A stretch of DNA of 64,000 nucleotides from Squalus acanthias. Its lineage: Eukaryota. The notes beneath the pieces were generated by a model. That model worked only from the letters and a program-made list of their open reading frames with translations. It made no database searches and was not told where the DNA came from. This document shows, piece by piece, positions 10,990 to 24,941 of this stretch; position 1 is the stretch's first letter; the number at the start of each line of letters is the position of its first letter. The stretch lies in NCBI GenBank assembly GCA_030390025.1, contig CM059430.1, positions 153,512,001-153,576,000 on the forward strand, read 5' to 3'. The position numbers and the translations under genes were made by a program.

Positions 10990-13347
10990 GTGATAGAACC
11001 AACATGAGGGAAAAACCTACTGACCTCGTCCTCACCAATCTACCTGTCGCAGATGCATCTGTCCATGACAGCATTGGTAGCAGTGACCACTGCACAGTCC
11101 TTGTGGAGACAAAATCTTGTCTACACACCGAGGACACCCTCCATCGTGTTGTGTGGCACTACCACCGTGCTAAATGGGATAGATTCAGAACAGATCGAGC
11201 AGCTCAAAACTGGGCATCCATGAGGTGCTGTGGGCCATCAGCAGCAGCAGAATTGCATTCCACCACAATATGTAAACTCAGGGCCCGGCATATCCCTCAC
11301 TCTACCATTACCATCAAGCCAGGGGACCAACCCTGGTTCAATGAAGAGTGCAGGAGAGCATGCCAGGAGCAGCACCGGGTGTACCTAAAAATGAGGTGCC
11401 AACCTGGGAAGCTGCAACACAGGACTACATGCATGCTAAAAAGTGGAAGCAGCATGCTATAGACAGGGCTAAGCGATCCCACAATCAACGGATCAGATCA
11501 AAGCTCTGCAGTCCTGCTACATCCAATCGTGAATGGTGGTGGACAATTAAACAACTAACAGGAGGAGGAGGCTCCATGAATATCCCCATCCTCAATGATG
11601 ACAGAGCCCAGCATGCGAGTGCAAAAGACAAGGCTGAAGCGTTTGCAACCATCTTCAGCCAGAAGTGCCGAGTGGATGATCCATATCGGACTACTCCTGA
11701 GGTCCCCCCATCATAGAAGCCAGTCTTCAGCCAATTTGATTCACTCCACGTGGTATCAAGAAATGGCTGAGCACACTGGATACAGCAAAGGCTATGGGCC
11801 CTGACAACATCCCGGCTGTCGTGCTGAAGACTTGTGCTCCAGAACTAGCCGCACCTCTAGCCAAGCTGTTCCAGTACAGCTACAACACTGGCATCTGTCT
11901 GACAATGTGGAAAACTGCCCAGGTATGTCCTGTCCACAAAAAGCAGGACAAATCCAATCCAGCCAATTACTGCCCTAACAGTGTACTCTCAATCATCAGC
12001 AAAGTGATGGACGGTGTCGTCGACAGTGCTATCAAGCGGCATTGACTCACCAATAACCTGCTTACCGATGCTCAATTTGGGTTCCACCAGAACCATTCGG
12101 CTCCAGACTTCATTACAGCCTTGGTCCAAACATGGACAAAAGAGTTGAATTCCAGAGGTGAGGTGAGAGTGACTGCCCTAGACATCAAGGCAGCCTTTGA
12201 CTGAGTGTGGCATCAAGGAGCCCTAGTAAAATTGAAGTCAATGGGAATCAGGGGGAAAACTCTCCACTGGCTGGAGTCATACCTAGCACACAGGAAGATG
12301 GTTGTGGTTGTTTGAGGTCAATCATCTCAGCCCCAGGATATCGCTGCAGGAGTTCCTCAGGGCAGTGTCCTAGGCCCAACCACCTTCAGCTGCTTCATCA
12401 ATGACCTTCCCTCCATCATAAGGTCAGAAATGGGGATGTTCACTGATGATTGCACAGTGTTCAGTTCCATTCGCAACTCCTCAGATAATGAAGCAGTCCA
12501 TGCCCGAATGCAACAAGACCTGGATGACATTCAGGCTTGGGCTGATAAGTGGCAAGTAACAATCGCACCACACAAGTGCCAGGCAATGACTATCTCCACA
12601 ACATGCGAGTGTCTAATCACCGCCCCTTGACATTAAATGACATTACCATCGCTGAATCCCCCACCATCAACATCCTGGGGGTCACCATTGACCAGAAACT
12701 TAACTGGACCAGCCACCTAAATACTGTGGCTACAAGAGCAGGTCAAAGGCTGGGTATTCTGCGGCGAGTGTCTTACCTCCTGACTCCCCAAAGTCTTTCC
12801 ACCATCTACAAGGCACAAGTAAGGAGTGTGATGAAATATACTTTACTTGCCTGGATGAGTGCAGCTCCAACAACACTCAAGAAGCTTGACACCATCCAAG
12901 ACAAAACAGCCCGCTTGATTGGCACCCCATCCACCACCTTAAACATTCACTCCCTGCACCACCGGCGTACCGTGGCTGCAGTGTGTACCATCTACAAGAT
13001 GAACTGCAGCAACTCGCCAAGGTTTCTTCGGCAGCACCTCCCAAACCCGCGACCTATACCACCTAGAAGGACAAGGGCAGCAGGCGCATGGGAACACCAC
13101 CACCTCCAAGCTCCCCTCCAAGTCACACGCCATCCTGACTTGGAAGTATATCGCCGATCCTTCATTGTCGCTGGGTCAAAATCCTGGAACTCCCTCCCTA
13201 ACAGCACTGTGGGAGTACCTTCACCACACGGACTGCAGCGGTTCAAGAAGGCGGCTCACCACCACCTTCTCAAGGGCAATAAGGGATGGGCAATAAATGC
13301 TGGTCTTGCCAGCGACGCCCATATCCCAGGAATGAATATAAAAAAAA
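10990..13347 (+). mobile_element. 5'-truncated non-LTR retrotransposon (CR1/L2-related clade), degenerate ORF2
   Basis: Endonuclease end (DLVLTN..IGSSDH), MGPDNIPAVVLK, DKSNPANYCP, GVPQGSVLGP, FTDD RT motif; 3' end AATAAA...A-rich tail; many stops and frameshifts. Confidence 0.92.
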
Positions 13348-13759
13348 CTGTGACTGGTTGGATCTAAGATGCCACATAATAAAAAAAAGGGCCTGTTAGT
13401 CAGAGACACTTTGACTACTACTAGAAGGTCACCACTATATATTTTCAAATTATAATATATTACTAGTTCTAGCTCTTTAATTATTAGAATTTTGATTTGT
13501 TTACAGTAGTTATGCTAATTGTTAGAATTATATTTAAAGGGGCATTCTCTTCATGAAACTAAATTTGGTCATTTTTATTCAGGTTGTGGGAAAAGAGATG
13601 AGCCAGAAAAGACATGTGTCATTGTAGTATTTTAATACTATTAATATGGCAGTGGTGGTCTATTTTTAAGTGATTTATCCCACAGTGTTGTGTGTTCCTA
13701 ATCAAATATAAATAGACTTGTCACTTTTTGCACTGGTTTCTTGTACTTTTCCTTAATGG

Positions 13760-14105
13760 TAGACACTTGCATGGGTGTTAGCAGCTCTTGGATAACATGC
13801 CAAGTGGCTAGACTTCATTTATGAACATAAATAATGAGTGTTGGGGGGCTGTGGAGGACATCACAGCCAAAGCTGAACCTGTCCTCAATAACACTTACAC
13901 TTATCCTTTCCATCAGAGGGAACTGAAAAATGGTCAGGTGTAGGAACCCCTGCTGATTTTTTCTTCTAGCTAGCCCAGGCAAAGTGAGTTCAACTTTGTT
14001 GCACTTACCGATGCCCCAACTGAGATCAGCACAGACTGGGGACTGAACTTGGTCTCTACGACTCATTACCAAACTTGCCCATGCAATTATTTAGTATGCC
14101 ATTGA
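13760..14105 (-). mobile_element. Old SINE copy (family of 9630-10010)
   Basis: CAACTGAGATCAGC and CACAGCCAAAGCTGAACCTGTCCTC match the reverse complement of the family. Confidence 0.5.
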
Positions 14106-15762
14106 GGATAATCCGTTATTTCTCTAAAAAGCAATTTTCTTTTTAGCACTGGAATTCACTTTCTGTATTTCTGTAAACCATCATTTGGACATGGATGCTA
14201 AAGGGTTAAGTAGCCATCGGCCTAAAAAACACTTAGACAATCACTATCATCTGCCTAAAATTGTTAAGGTACTAAATGCACAGGAGGTACAGTAATTGAA
14301 ATACTACTCTTTAAATAAGTGTAACAGAACATTTAGACCCATATGCGCAGAAGGCAATAAATCACTTCCTAACTAAACTGTTTGCATGAAAGTGATCTAT
14401 TTGCAACAAAGAGCAGATTATGAGGCTCGGAGTCACAAGGGCCATCGTGACTCAGTCACAATGTTCCGCTTCCAGCAGTCAGACCTCTCTACCATTTAAC
14501 CATCACAAACGCAGCATTCATCTCCTTTTATAGCACTCGACATCTCTTCCGTTAACATTTCCAATCTTGTCTTCTTCTGTGTTAGAGAGAGCACATGACA
14601 TTGAAAAGGGACTGATTAACTCTATCCACTTCCAGCAATTCCGATCTGACCTCTGGTGTTAATATTGTTTCACTATTAACTATAAGATTTATTAGACCAG
14701 ATGTTTCTATGCCGGTATTAGTGGATGAATGCTTAGTGTCTTCACGTGACTCCTTTGTCCATTATTTAATGCAGGTGTTAACCCCTTTATTTTAAATGGT
14801 TTCGCACTTATGCTAAAATGGTAGACAGAGGGATGTACGAATGCATTCATCGACTAATTTTGGCAGTAGTAATTGCTAGGCTATTAGTACAAAGCTGGAT
14901 TTGTCTAACATTTTTTCAACCTCCTTATGTCTTCTTAGTAGTTGAAGAAATCACAGGATTAGAATTTCCTTTGGGGAACTCACTGATAATTTTACATTTT
15001 TGGAGAGAGGTTGTTGAATGGTAAGTGGTAGAGGGTAAGGTGTGCTCTCTGAATTAGATCCTCTTTCATCTCACTTCTATAATGAGGAGGAGGGCAATGG
15101 AATTCCTTATGAACCAGCCAGATAAACACAAGGCAGAAGGCAGAAATAAAAGACCACATGTTGAAATAGTAACTTTGTTCAGTTACATTTTCCTCAAGGT
15201 TTCTTGGCTAGTCATGATTCCTAGTTGTCTTCTGAACAAGCACAAAAATAATTGTCCAAATCCACCCAATTTGGCAATTTTCCTGAATGCCCAGTTAAGA
15301 TCACAGACTTACCATTAGCGAATGTGTACTTATTCCCTACAGTTCTCTAGTTCTGGGCATCTGCATATCAATGCACTACACCACCACAAACCCTTTTCAG
15401 AAATATCTGTAAGGTAGACTACCTGGCTGCTCTTGATTCTTTTTACAGGATCATGATCATCAACTCCCATCCCATTCCTGGTTCTTGTGTTTTAGTTGAG
15501 TTCCCTCTTCAGCAAGAATAGAGAGGAATTCCCTTCAGCGATTGAAGGGGCTGAAGATTTCTTAAGAAACAACAACAGGTCTTGTCTCGGTTGATGGAGC
15601 TGCAGGGTCAAAACATCTCACTTTGGTGAAGATACCCATTTGACTGTCAGTCTGCAGCGAGTTGGTGAGGTGTGCGATGGAAATTACCCCACTTTTCATC
15701 TCACTTGGATAAAGAGCAGGAGAGCAATGACACTTCTTATGAACCAGCCAGAGGAACACAAT

Positions 15763-16526
15763 GGCCCTGAAATTCGCCTCTCCGGCTTGCCGCGGGGGTA
15801 AGGATCGCGCGCGCACTTACCTACCGCGCCTGCCATTGACCTCTGGGCCCACGGGAACTTCAGCTCCTGGGCCTGCTCCAACTGCTGGCGCGCAGTGCTT
15901 GCGTGTCCCAGGGGCGCAGTTAGTGCGATGCGTCCCCTGGGATCACGTGGGCCATGGAGAGCCAATGGCAGCAGACCATCTTTCATTCATAGATTTGACA
16001 GGAAGACCTGTCAAATCTATGAATTGAAATCGGCCCCAAAAGAACAGCTAAACTTCAAATAAATTTTTAAAAAACCATCACATTTATAAAATAACTATAA
16101 GTTAAATAAATTAACTACTTTAAACAAAAATTTAATTTTTGAAAAAATTAAAATACTTTTTAACAGTGCTAAAAATAAACTTACCTTTCTTTAAAGTATC
16201 TAAAAAAGATAAACCTGTTGAAAAATGTTTTAAATTATAATTAATTAACCACTTACCTTGTTGAAAACGGGTCTTGCGCCTCCTTTTTAAAAGCGCAGGT
16301 TCTTCAATACTTACCCTCCCGGAGAAACCTGAAAAAAACCCTAAGTTTGCTGCGTGCGCGCAGCCTCTACCGCGCACGCGGTTCACCTCTGAACCGCTCC
16401 CTTCACCAGACCGGAAGTTCTGGTTTCCCGCGCATGCGCAGTGCATGCAGGAAACCGGCACTTCAGGAGGCCTTGCGGGTGAGTACACAGTGCGTACTCA
16501 CCCGGCAAGTGCCGAAGTTTTGGCCC
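15763..16526. mobile_element. Harbinger/PIF-type MITE, copy 1
   Basis: Imperfect TIRs GGCCCTGAAATTCGCC / GCCGAAGTTTTGGCCC, 3-bp TSD AAT; near-identical copy at 50860-51773. Confidence 0.85.
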
Positions 16527-17165
16527 AATATCCCAGTGCAAAACAGGTGTACAATTTCAAACTTAGATAATTTATGTAAAAGTAAATACATAGGAACATC
16601 GGAACAGAAGTAGGCCATTTAGCCCCTCGAGCCTGTTCTGCCATTCAATGAGATCATGGCTGATCTGCAACCTAACTCCATATACCCGCATTTGCCCCAT
16701 ATCCTTTAATACCTTTGGTTAACAAAAATCTATCAATCTCCGATCTAAAATTAACAATTGATCTAGCATCAGTTGCCATTTGCGGAAGAGAGTTGCAAAC
16801 GTTTACCACCCTTTGTTGTGTCGAAGTATTTCCTAATTTCACTCCTGAAAGGTCTGGCTCTAATTTTTAGACTATGCCCCCTAGTCCTAGACTCCCCAAC
16901 CAGCGGAAATAGTTTCTCTCTATCTACCCTATCCGTTCCCCTTAATATCCTGAAAACTTCGATCAGATCACCCCTTAACCTTCTGAATTCCTGGTTTGTG
17001 TAGTCTCTCCTCGTAATTTAACCCTTGGAGTCCAGGTATCATTCTGATAAACCTACGCTGCACTCCCTCCAAGGCCAATATAGCCTTCTGATGTGTGGTG
17101 CCCAGAACTGCTCCCAGTACTCCAGGTGTGGTCTAACCAGGGCTTTGTACAGCTGAAGCATGACT

Positions 17166-17924
17166 TAGAACATAAGAACATAAGAAATAGGCGCAGGAGT
17201 AGATCATTTGGCCCCTCGAGCCTGCTCCGTCATTCAATGAGATCATGGCTGATTTTCTACCTCAACTCCACATTCCTGCACTATCCCCATATCCCTTGAT
17301 TCCCTTAATATCCAAAAATCTATCGATCTCTGTCTTGAATATACTCAATTACTGAGTCTCCACAGCTCTCTAGGGTAGAGAATTCCAAAGATTCACCACC
17401 CTCTGAGTGAAGAAATTTCTCCTCATCTCAGTCCTAAATGGCCGACCCCCTTATTCTGAGACTGTGACCCCTGGTTCTAGACTCCTCAGCCAGGGGAAAC
17501 ATCCTCCCTGCATCTACCCTGTCAAGCCCTGTAAGAATTTTCTATGTTTCAATGAGATCACCTCTCATTCTTCTAAACTCTAGAGAATATAGGCCTAGTC
17601 TACTCAATCTCTCCTCATAGGACAATCCCCCCATCCCAGGAACCAGTCTGGTGAACCTTCGTTGCACTCCCTCTATGGCAAGTATATCCTTCCTTAGGTC
17701 AGGAGACCAAAACTGTGCACAATACTCCAGGTGTGGTCTCACCAGGGCCCTATATAATTGCAGTAAGACATCTTTACTCTTATACTCAAATCCTCTTGTA
17801 ATAAAGGCCAACATACCATTTGCGTTCTTAATTGCTGGCTGTACCTGCATGTTAACTTTCAGTGATTCATGTACAAGGACACCCAGGTCCCTCTGAACAC
17901 CAACATTTCCCAATCTCTCACCAT
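17166..17924 (-). mobile_element. Nested CR1 LINE 3' fragment
   Basis: ORF 17542-17913 QRDLGVLV..LVRPHLEYCAQFWSP..RRMRGDLIET; (AGAACATA)n tail at ~17167. Confidence 0.9.
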
Positions 17925-18540
17925 TCTATCCCCTTGTATTCTAGTCCTCTAGATATAAAGGCCAGAATTCCATTAGCCTTTTTGATTATTTTCTGTACCT
18001 GTTCATGACATTTTAATGATCTATGAACCTGGACCCCCAAGTCTCTTTGGACCTCCACTGTTTTTAGGTTTTCACCATTTAGAAAGTACCCTGTTCTATC
18101 CTTTTAAGGTGCAAAGTGGATGATCTCGCATTTTCCTACACTGAAATCCATTTGCCACAGTTTTGCCCATTCTCTTAATCTATCAATAACTCTTTATAAT
18201 TTTATGCTTCCATCTATACTGCTTACAATGCTGCTTATCTTTGTGTCACTGGCAAATTTGGATATGTGGCTTTCTATCCCATCATCTAAGTCGTTAATAA
18301 ATACAGTGAATAATTGAGCCCCAACACAGATCCTTGCAGGACACCACTCGTCACACCCTGCCAATTAGAGGACCTACCCATTATCCCTACTCTCTGTCTC
18401 CTGCCGCTCAACCAATTTCCTAACCAGGTCAATAATTTGCCTTTAATTCCATGGGCTTCAACTTTAGTTAACAGTCACTTATGAGGGACTTTATCAAAAG
18501 CCTTCTGGAAGTCCATATAAATAACATCCATAGACATTCC

Positions 18541-19150
18541 GCTGCCCATCCCCTTCCCTAACATTTGTCTGAGGCTGAACCACACTGTTCGCAACCTTGG
18601 TGTCATAGTTGACCCTGAAATGAGCTTCCGACCACATATCCGCGGCATAACTAAGACCGCCTATTTCCACCTCCATAACATCGTCTGTCTTCACTCTTGC
18701 CTCAGCTCATTCGCTGCTGAAGCCCTCATCCGTACTTTGGCTCCCGGTTAAGCAACGCCTCGATTTCAAAATTCTCATCCTTGTTTTCAAATCCCTCCAT
18801 GGCCTCGCCTCCTCCCTATCTCTGTAATCTCCTCCAGCCCCAACAACCCCCCGAGATATCTGCGCTCCTCTAATTCTGGCCTCTTGAGCATCCCTGATTA
18901 TAATCGCTCAACCATTGGTGGCCGTGCCTTCTGTTGCCTAGGCCCTAAGCTCTGGAATTCCCTGCCTAAACCTCTCCGCCTCTCTACCTCTCTTTCCTCC
19001 TTTAAGATGCTCCTTAAAATCTACCTCTTTGACCAAGCTTTTGGTCATCTGCCCTAATTTCTCCTTATGTGGCTCGGTGTCAAATTTTTTGTCTTATAAT
19101 ACTCCTGTGAAGCGCCTTGGGACGTTTTACTACATTAAAGGTGCTATATA
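18541..19150 (+). mobile_element. L2 LINE 3' fragment
   Basis: VRNLGVIVDPEMSFRPHI-type sequence; 3' end GTGAAGCGCCTTGGGACG...TATATAAATACAAG(TTG)n. Confidence 0.85.
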
Positions 19151-20124
19151 AATACAAGTTGTTGTTGTTGTCCACTACATTAGTCACCTCTTCAAAAAAT
19201 TCCATCAGGTTCATCAGGCATGACCTAGCCTTTACAAATCCATGCTGGCTCTCTCTGCTCAACTGAAAATTTTCCAGGTGTTCAGTCACCCTATCCTTAA
19301 TTATAGACTCTAGTAATTTCCCGACAACAGATGTTAGGCTAACTGATCTATAATTCGCTGGATTCGCTCTCACCATTCATAAATAGCGGAGTGACGTGTG
19401 CAGTTTTCCAATTTAAAGGAATGGTTCCTGAATTTAGAGAACTTTGGAAGGTTATAGTTACGGCATCTGGTCCTGGGGATTTGTCACTCTTTAGTGCCAT
19501 TATTTTCTTCATTACTTTTATTTTGCTTATGTAAATTTTGGTGAGTCCCTGTCCCTGATTCAATAGTTTCCTTGGGATTTGCAGCATGCTGACCTCTTTC
19601 TCTGCTGTAAATACTGACACAAAGTAATTATTAAACATGTCCACCATTTCCTTATTTTCATTGACAATATCACCGTTTTCAGTTTTTAAGGGGCCAACAT
19701 TGCTCCTGACTACCCTCTTTTTCCTAATATAATTGTAAAAAAATGGTGTTGATTTTGATATCCCTTGCAAGTTTCTTTTCATACTCCCTTTTTGTAGCTC
19801 TTACCATCTGTTTTGTGACCCTTTGCTGTTCTTTGTATCTTTCCCATTCACCAGAATCGGTGCTGTTTTTTGCATTTTTGTATGCTTTTTCTTTTAGTTT
19901 TATGTTGTCTCTTATCTCTTTAGTCGTCCATGGCTGTTTTTTTTTGGCAAGTAGAGCTCTTGCCCCTTAGGGGTATAAAGTGGTTCTGTATCACATTAAA
20001 TTCTTTTTTGAACACCTCCCACTGATCTTCTGTCATTTCACCTGTTAACAGATTTGCCCAGTTTACTGTGGACCATCTCTGTCTCATTGCATTGCAGTCA
20101 GCCTTACCTAAATCTAGAATCTTA

Positions 20125-21404
20125 GGGGGTGATTTTGCCAATGGGGGCGCGTTGGGGGCAGGACTGCTGCTTGTCGGGTTTTAGTCCCGCTCCATCGACG
20201 TCTGGCCAACCCACGCTATTTTCCCTTGATTGACCTTGTTAAGCCCACCCAGCGGGCTTAGCAGGCCAATTAAGGGAAAGGCGGTTACTGGTGACGTCAG
20301 CGAGTGACGTTTCATCTGTCAAGAGCTTTTGACAGATGAATTGTCATCGTTTGAGAGCTCTGTGAAGCTGTCAAACACGGACAATCTGTCCTCTAAGTTG
20401 AGACCTGGGGCACAGGCTTACTTAGAGATCTCTCCTGAGCAGAAAGCAGAAGGCTGATGCATTTGAGAATGCAGCGGCCATTCTGCTTTCTCTGTCGGTG
20501 AGATGAGGGTCTTCCGAGACCTGAAAGGTTGAAGCCTGGAGGAAGAAGCAAAGGTAAGTAAAGCTTTTAAAACACTTAAGACTCACCTGACACACTTACA
20601 CGGTGGCATAGTGGTTAGCACTGGTGCCTCACAGCGCCAGGGACCCGGGTTCGAATCTGAGCCTCGGGTGACTGTCTGTGTGGAGTTTGCACATTCTCCC
20701 CGTGTCTGCGTGGGTTTTCTCCGGGTGCTCCGGTTTCCTCCCACAGTCCAAAAATGTGCGGGTTAGGTTGATTTGGCTATGATAAATTGACCCTTAGTGT
20801 TAGGGGGGTATTAAATATGTGGGGTTATGTGGATAGGGTGGGATATGTTAGGGGGAATTAAATACGTGGGGTTACGGGGGTAGGGTGGGATATGTGTACT
20901 GTGGGGATTAAAGCAGGGACAGGGTACTGGATTTGGATGATCAGCCATGATCGTATTGAATGGTGGAGCAGGCTCGACGGGCCGAATGGCCTACTCCTGC
21001 TCCTAGTTTCTATGTTTCTATGTTTCTATGTTTACCTCTGCACACATGCACCCATCACTCACCTGCACACCGGACATCTCGGCCCCGCAGACCCCCGCAG
21101 ACCCACGGCTCGCCTTGCTGACCCTGGCACGGTTCGGAGCCGTCGGGAAGCCTATACTTTAGGTGGCAAAATAGGGATTATCCAAAAAACTGCCTTTGAG
21201 CTACCTGTTAACAGGCAGTTAATTGGCACTAATCCTCTTCCCGCCTCAAGGAGGTGGCTCCCAGAGCGGGTCAGGTACCCACCTCCTGGGAAGATGGCAC
21301 GGAGGCGGGTTGGGGGCGGGATGAGTACCTGCCCCCAGATTCTGCCATTTTCCCGGCAGTCCCGCCTCCATACCAGCCTCCCCAGGGCTGGCAAAATCGC
21401 CCCC
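20125..21404. mobile_element. Harbinger/PIF-type MITE inserted in CR1
   Basis: 16-bp TIR GGGGG(T/C)GATTTTGCCA, TSD TTA on both sides; CR1 is contiguous across it. Confidence 0.88.
20601..21031 (+). mobile_element. V-SINE copy with CR1-type 3' tail, nested in the MITE
   Basis: Near-identical to 5925-6170, followed by GATCAGCCATGATCGTATTGAATGG...(TTTCTATG)n. Confidence 0.85.
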
Positions 21405-23994
21405 TTAGTAGCTGTTTTGCATTTCTCCTTTTCAAACACTACTTTGAACTCGATCATATTATGATCACTATTAGGTAAACATTTATTAAAAGTAAAACAA
21501 AAAGTAACTTTTTTCAAAAAGTAACAGAATCTCATTTGGGGTAGGTTGGAGGAAAATGGTTCAAGGCAAAGAAGATGTGCTTTGAAATAAAACTTGAAGC
21601 ACAATTGTCTGTATCCTTGAACTTATGCAGACAATTAACTAAAAGGGTCACATTGGATTTTTTTAAATTTTGGCAAGCTCAGCTCCTGGCAAAGCAAACA
21701 TTTCTATAATTATTTTGTTCTTGTCTATGTGGAAAAGGTTGAGCTGGAGTGCTGATTTGAATCAAGAATGATGGATGCCAGCATTAGCCTGGACACTGTT
21801 CTTTGGCACCATGCTGAGAAGGATTAAAGCTCACCTTGGATCTTTCTCACCTTTCTTCAATGGCAGCAAAGTTGCAATGCAGATTAAGCTTCTGACATCC
21901 AAATACTTCTCATTCATGCTTCAGAGCTCCTGGGCTTGTGATGGAAGGGCTACCTTTGTTCCACATGAAATAAAACTAGCACCAAGTTGTGAAATGGCTT
22001 TGTGGCAAAAAGGGGAGAGGGTAAATTGGGAGGGAGGGAGGCTGTCACTGGAGGGGAGGCAGCATCATAGTGGGCACATAGCTTTACCAAAACTCTGCAC
22101 ATGAGGGCCTAGATTAAGCAGTTGGTGATGAGTAAGCCTGTTATACGGCATTGAATTTGGAAATGTAGAACATCAAGACATCAAGTTGGTTGGCATGTCA
22201 CAAGCTGCTCTACCTAGGTTCTTCCTGCTGATTGTATGAGGTAACTCTGAAACTTGGGATGACAGTCGCTGTAAGGCATTACCTGGAGACTTTGTACGAG
22301 AACATGCCCTCCAACCTCTAGAGTTCAGTGTCTATCATGATTGGGTTGCAAAGAATCAAGCAGCTGTTGCTGAAACTCTGCATCTCCGGCTGGTGAAACT
22401 GGAGTTAGAAGGTGGGGTATGTCCCTATTGGGGGGGGGGGGGGGCATGCATTCCAAATCAGGCAAACAGAAACTCTACCTGTGTAAATTTCTTGGTTGTT
22501 TGGAGATTTGTACACATGGTGATAGGTTTCAGCATGTGTCAGACAGCTGGCAGACCAAAGCAATTGAGCTGGAATGAATGCAGATTTGGTTGAAGCAGTT
22601 AAAAGGGAAATGAACTGATTCCTGATTTATCATGGAACAGAGGAAGAAGCGCTTAGCATTAAGACAGGGGTGAGATAAAAGTGGTTCTGGGTAGGTATCC
22701 ATTGACCGAAACAGCAGGATGAGCTTCATAGACAGAATTGTATCTGCTCATTCGTATCTTCTTATAATCTTATGTGGTCACTTGGCAATGACACAATGTA
22801 ATGTTAATAAATGAGAAAGCATTTCTTGCACCGGTGGGCCACAAGTATAAATCGACTGGAATCTTTATGGCATTCCTTTTGAAAATGCATATAAATATGA
22901 GCAGAGAGGAACTCCGGGCCGTGCCAGATGAAATCAAATATGGGACAAGAGGTAAAACTCATTTTAAAGTGTTTCATTAAATTATATTGTTTTTCATTGA
23001 TGTTAGCATAGTAATATTGCTTTACTCCAAAAAAGTGCACCTCCTACTGGCTGATATGCAGAACAGCACTACTGCTGAAAGCCTGGTTATACTTTCTCCT
23101 GGCTGGAGGAGGCATTGCACAATAATAGCTGAATAGGAAATAGAAGGGGACATCTAAATTGGAAATAACCCTAAACAAAATAAAAGTTAAGCACAAATAA
23201 TAGCTAGCATCAGGAATGACACCTGAACAATACTGCAGATTGAATGTGAGATAGGGAAGTGGGTAGGGGATGGGAGATGGTAGGTGCACAATAACGGAGC
23301 TTCCTTCACACATATCCTTTGTAAGTCATTCAATTCTTTTCATAGTTTTCTGGCAATGGGATAGTGGGAAACAGTCTCCTTGTGGTGCTGCATTGACTTC
23401 CTTCACAGCAGCTTGTGCTGTTTACAGCCTTTCTTTAGGACAATAGTCAGGAAGGAAAGTTTTTAGTTTATGTCCTTGGGAATGCATGACTATATCAACA
23501 CCTAGACAATGGAGCCTTCTTTTAAAAAAAATCCTAAGTGTGTCATTTACTACACCGAACATCCATTAAATGACAGGGAAATCAACGGAATCTTCTCCTT
23601 TTTAGAATATAGATTAACGCGAATTTGTTTTGTAACAATTAAAGGTGACTTTTATTTAATGAGGAAGTTTTCAATCAAGTTCATATCCTGGAAAAGCCAC
23701 GGAGCATCCTGCTTTGAAAAAGCATGCAGCCATGCCGCAGTGTTGGATGTACTGCCAAATGCGCATTGTAGCAGATGCACGACCTATTGCAGCCCACCTG
23801 TTCTTCCCAATTGAGCTATTTTCTTATTAAAGCTGAGAAGAAAAATAAAAGGCAACAAATCTAAGAGGCAAATGCCACAGGTAATGTCAGCCTGACACAA
23901 AACACAAAATTCCAGCCTCCTCTGTTTAAATATGAGAAAGTGTATTGCAAGAAACATTACAGTGGTGACACTGACCCTCTAAAAACTGGCTGCT

Positions 23995-24400
23995 GCTCCC
24001 CTAATGGCTCGGTCAGTAAGTGAACTGTCTGTGTAGAATTGAAGCTATGATTCTTGGTTTGTTCTAAGTTAGCTGATCTCAACTGGGAGGGCAGCAGAGC
24101 CACTATAGTTGGCCTCAGCATCCTTTGACTAAGGAAGGAAAACAAATCAACCAGGGTTCCTTCTGCTGATCAGTATCTGGTGACTCCTGCTACAACATGG
24201 ATAAGTGTGGACATCAACTGGGATAGCATCAGGCTCAGCTGTAATGCCAACCCAAAAGTGAATAGCACTGTTTAGGCTCACAAATGAATAATGGCCTCCT
24301 GGGCAAGGTGCTAGACAGCAGTCGATATCTGCGGAACTGTATCCCAGCATGAGTCTAGCCTTCCAGAGAGAATGGGAGAAAAATGGAGGGGGAATAAAGG
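23995..24400 (+). mobile_element. Old SINE copy (family of 9630-10010)
   Basis: TGGCTCGGTC..., AAGTTAGCTGATCTCAACTGG, AAATCAACCAGGGTTCCT blocks. Confidence 0.55.
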
Positions 24401-24941
24401 AAGCATTGACTTGGGTAATCATACTAGGACTGGAAAATCATTGAGTAGTTTGGAGTTGAGTTACTGTACAGCACTGATGTGGCTAGACTACAAAGAAACT
24501 CTCCAACCTGTGAATAACAGCAGCTTGTTTATCCCACCATATCTGCCCCATTTATCTTGCTGTCTTTAATCCATCAGTGTGGTTATCACCCCAGCACTGA
24601 TCCCGCAGTAAGGTCAATCAACATCTTGTCTTCAGTCCTTCAGTTGCTTTTTATTTTCTCCTCCAATTTCTCACCTCCTCTCCTGAATCCGTTGATTCCA
24701 TCACTGGGGTTCAGTTCCTTCAGAAGCAGTCACCCTCCCATGTCTTGCAAAGCAGCTGTTATTCATGTTTAGGCCTTGACAGTGAGGGTTGGCAGGCTAT
24801 CCAACTGTAGACAACATCAAAGCCAAACCTGAGCCCACCCTCACCTGGAATCCACACTCGTGTGCTTCCAGTAGGGGTTGTGTATAGTAACCTGGCCAGT
24901 GTTTCCTTTTCAGCTTGATTCTAGTTAGCAATGTGTCATTT

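Larger units (their letters stand above)
16588..21475 (-). mobile_element. Degenerate CR1 LINE ORF2 with nested insertions
   Basis: ORF pieces NPANYRSVSLTSVVGKLLESII, SQHGFVKARSCL, KSPGPD, SDHNMIEF; CR1 3' tail at ~16590; interrupted by CR1 (17166-17924), L2 (18541-19150) and a MITE (20125-21404). Confidence 0.88.

Noticed and set aside
15696-16027. Duplicated small ORFs also seen at 50649-51123
   Set aside because: They lie in GC-rich MITE ends; the duplication reflects MITE copies, not genes.
22140-22620. Coding-like stretch
   Set aside because: Multiple stops and no recognisable motif.
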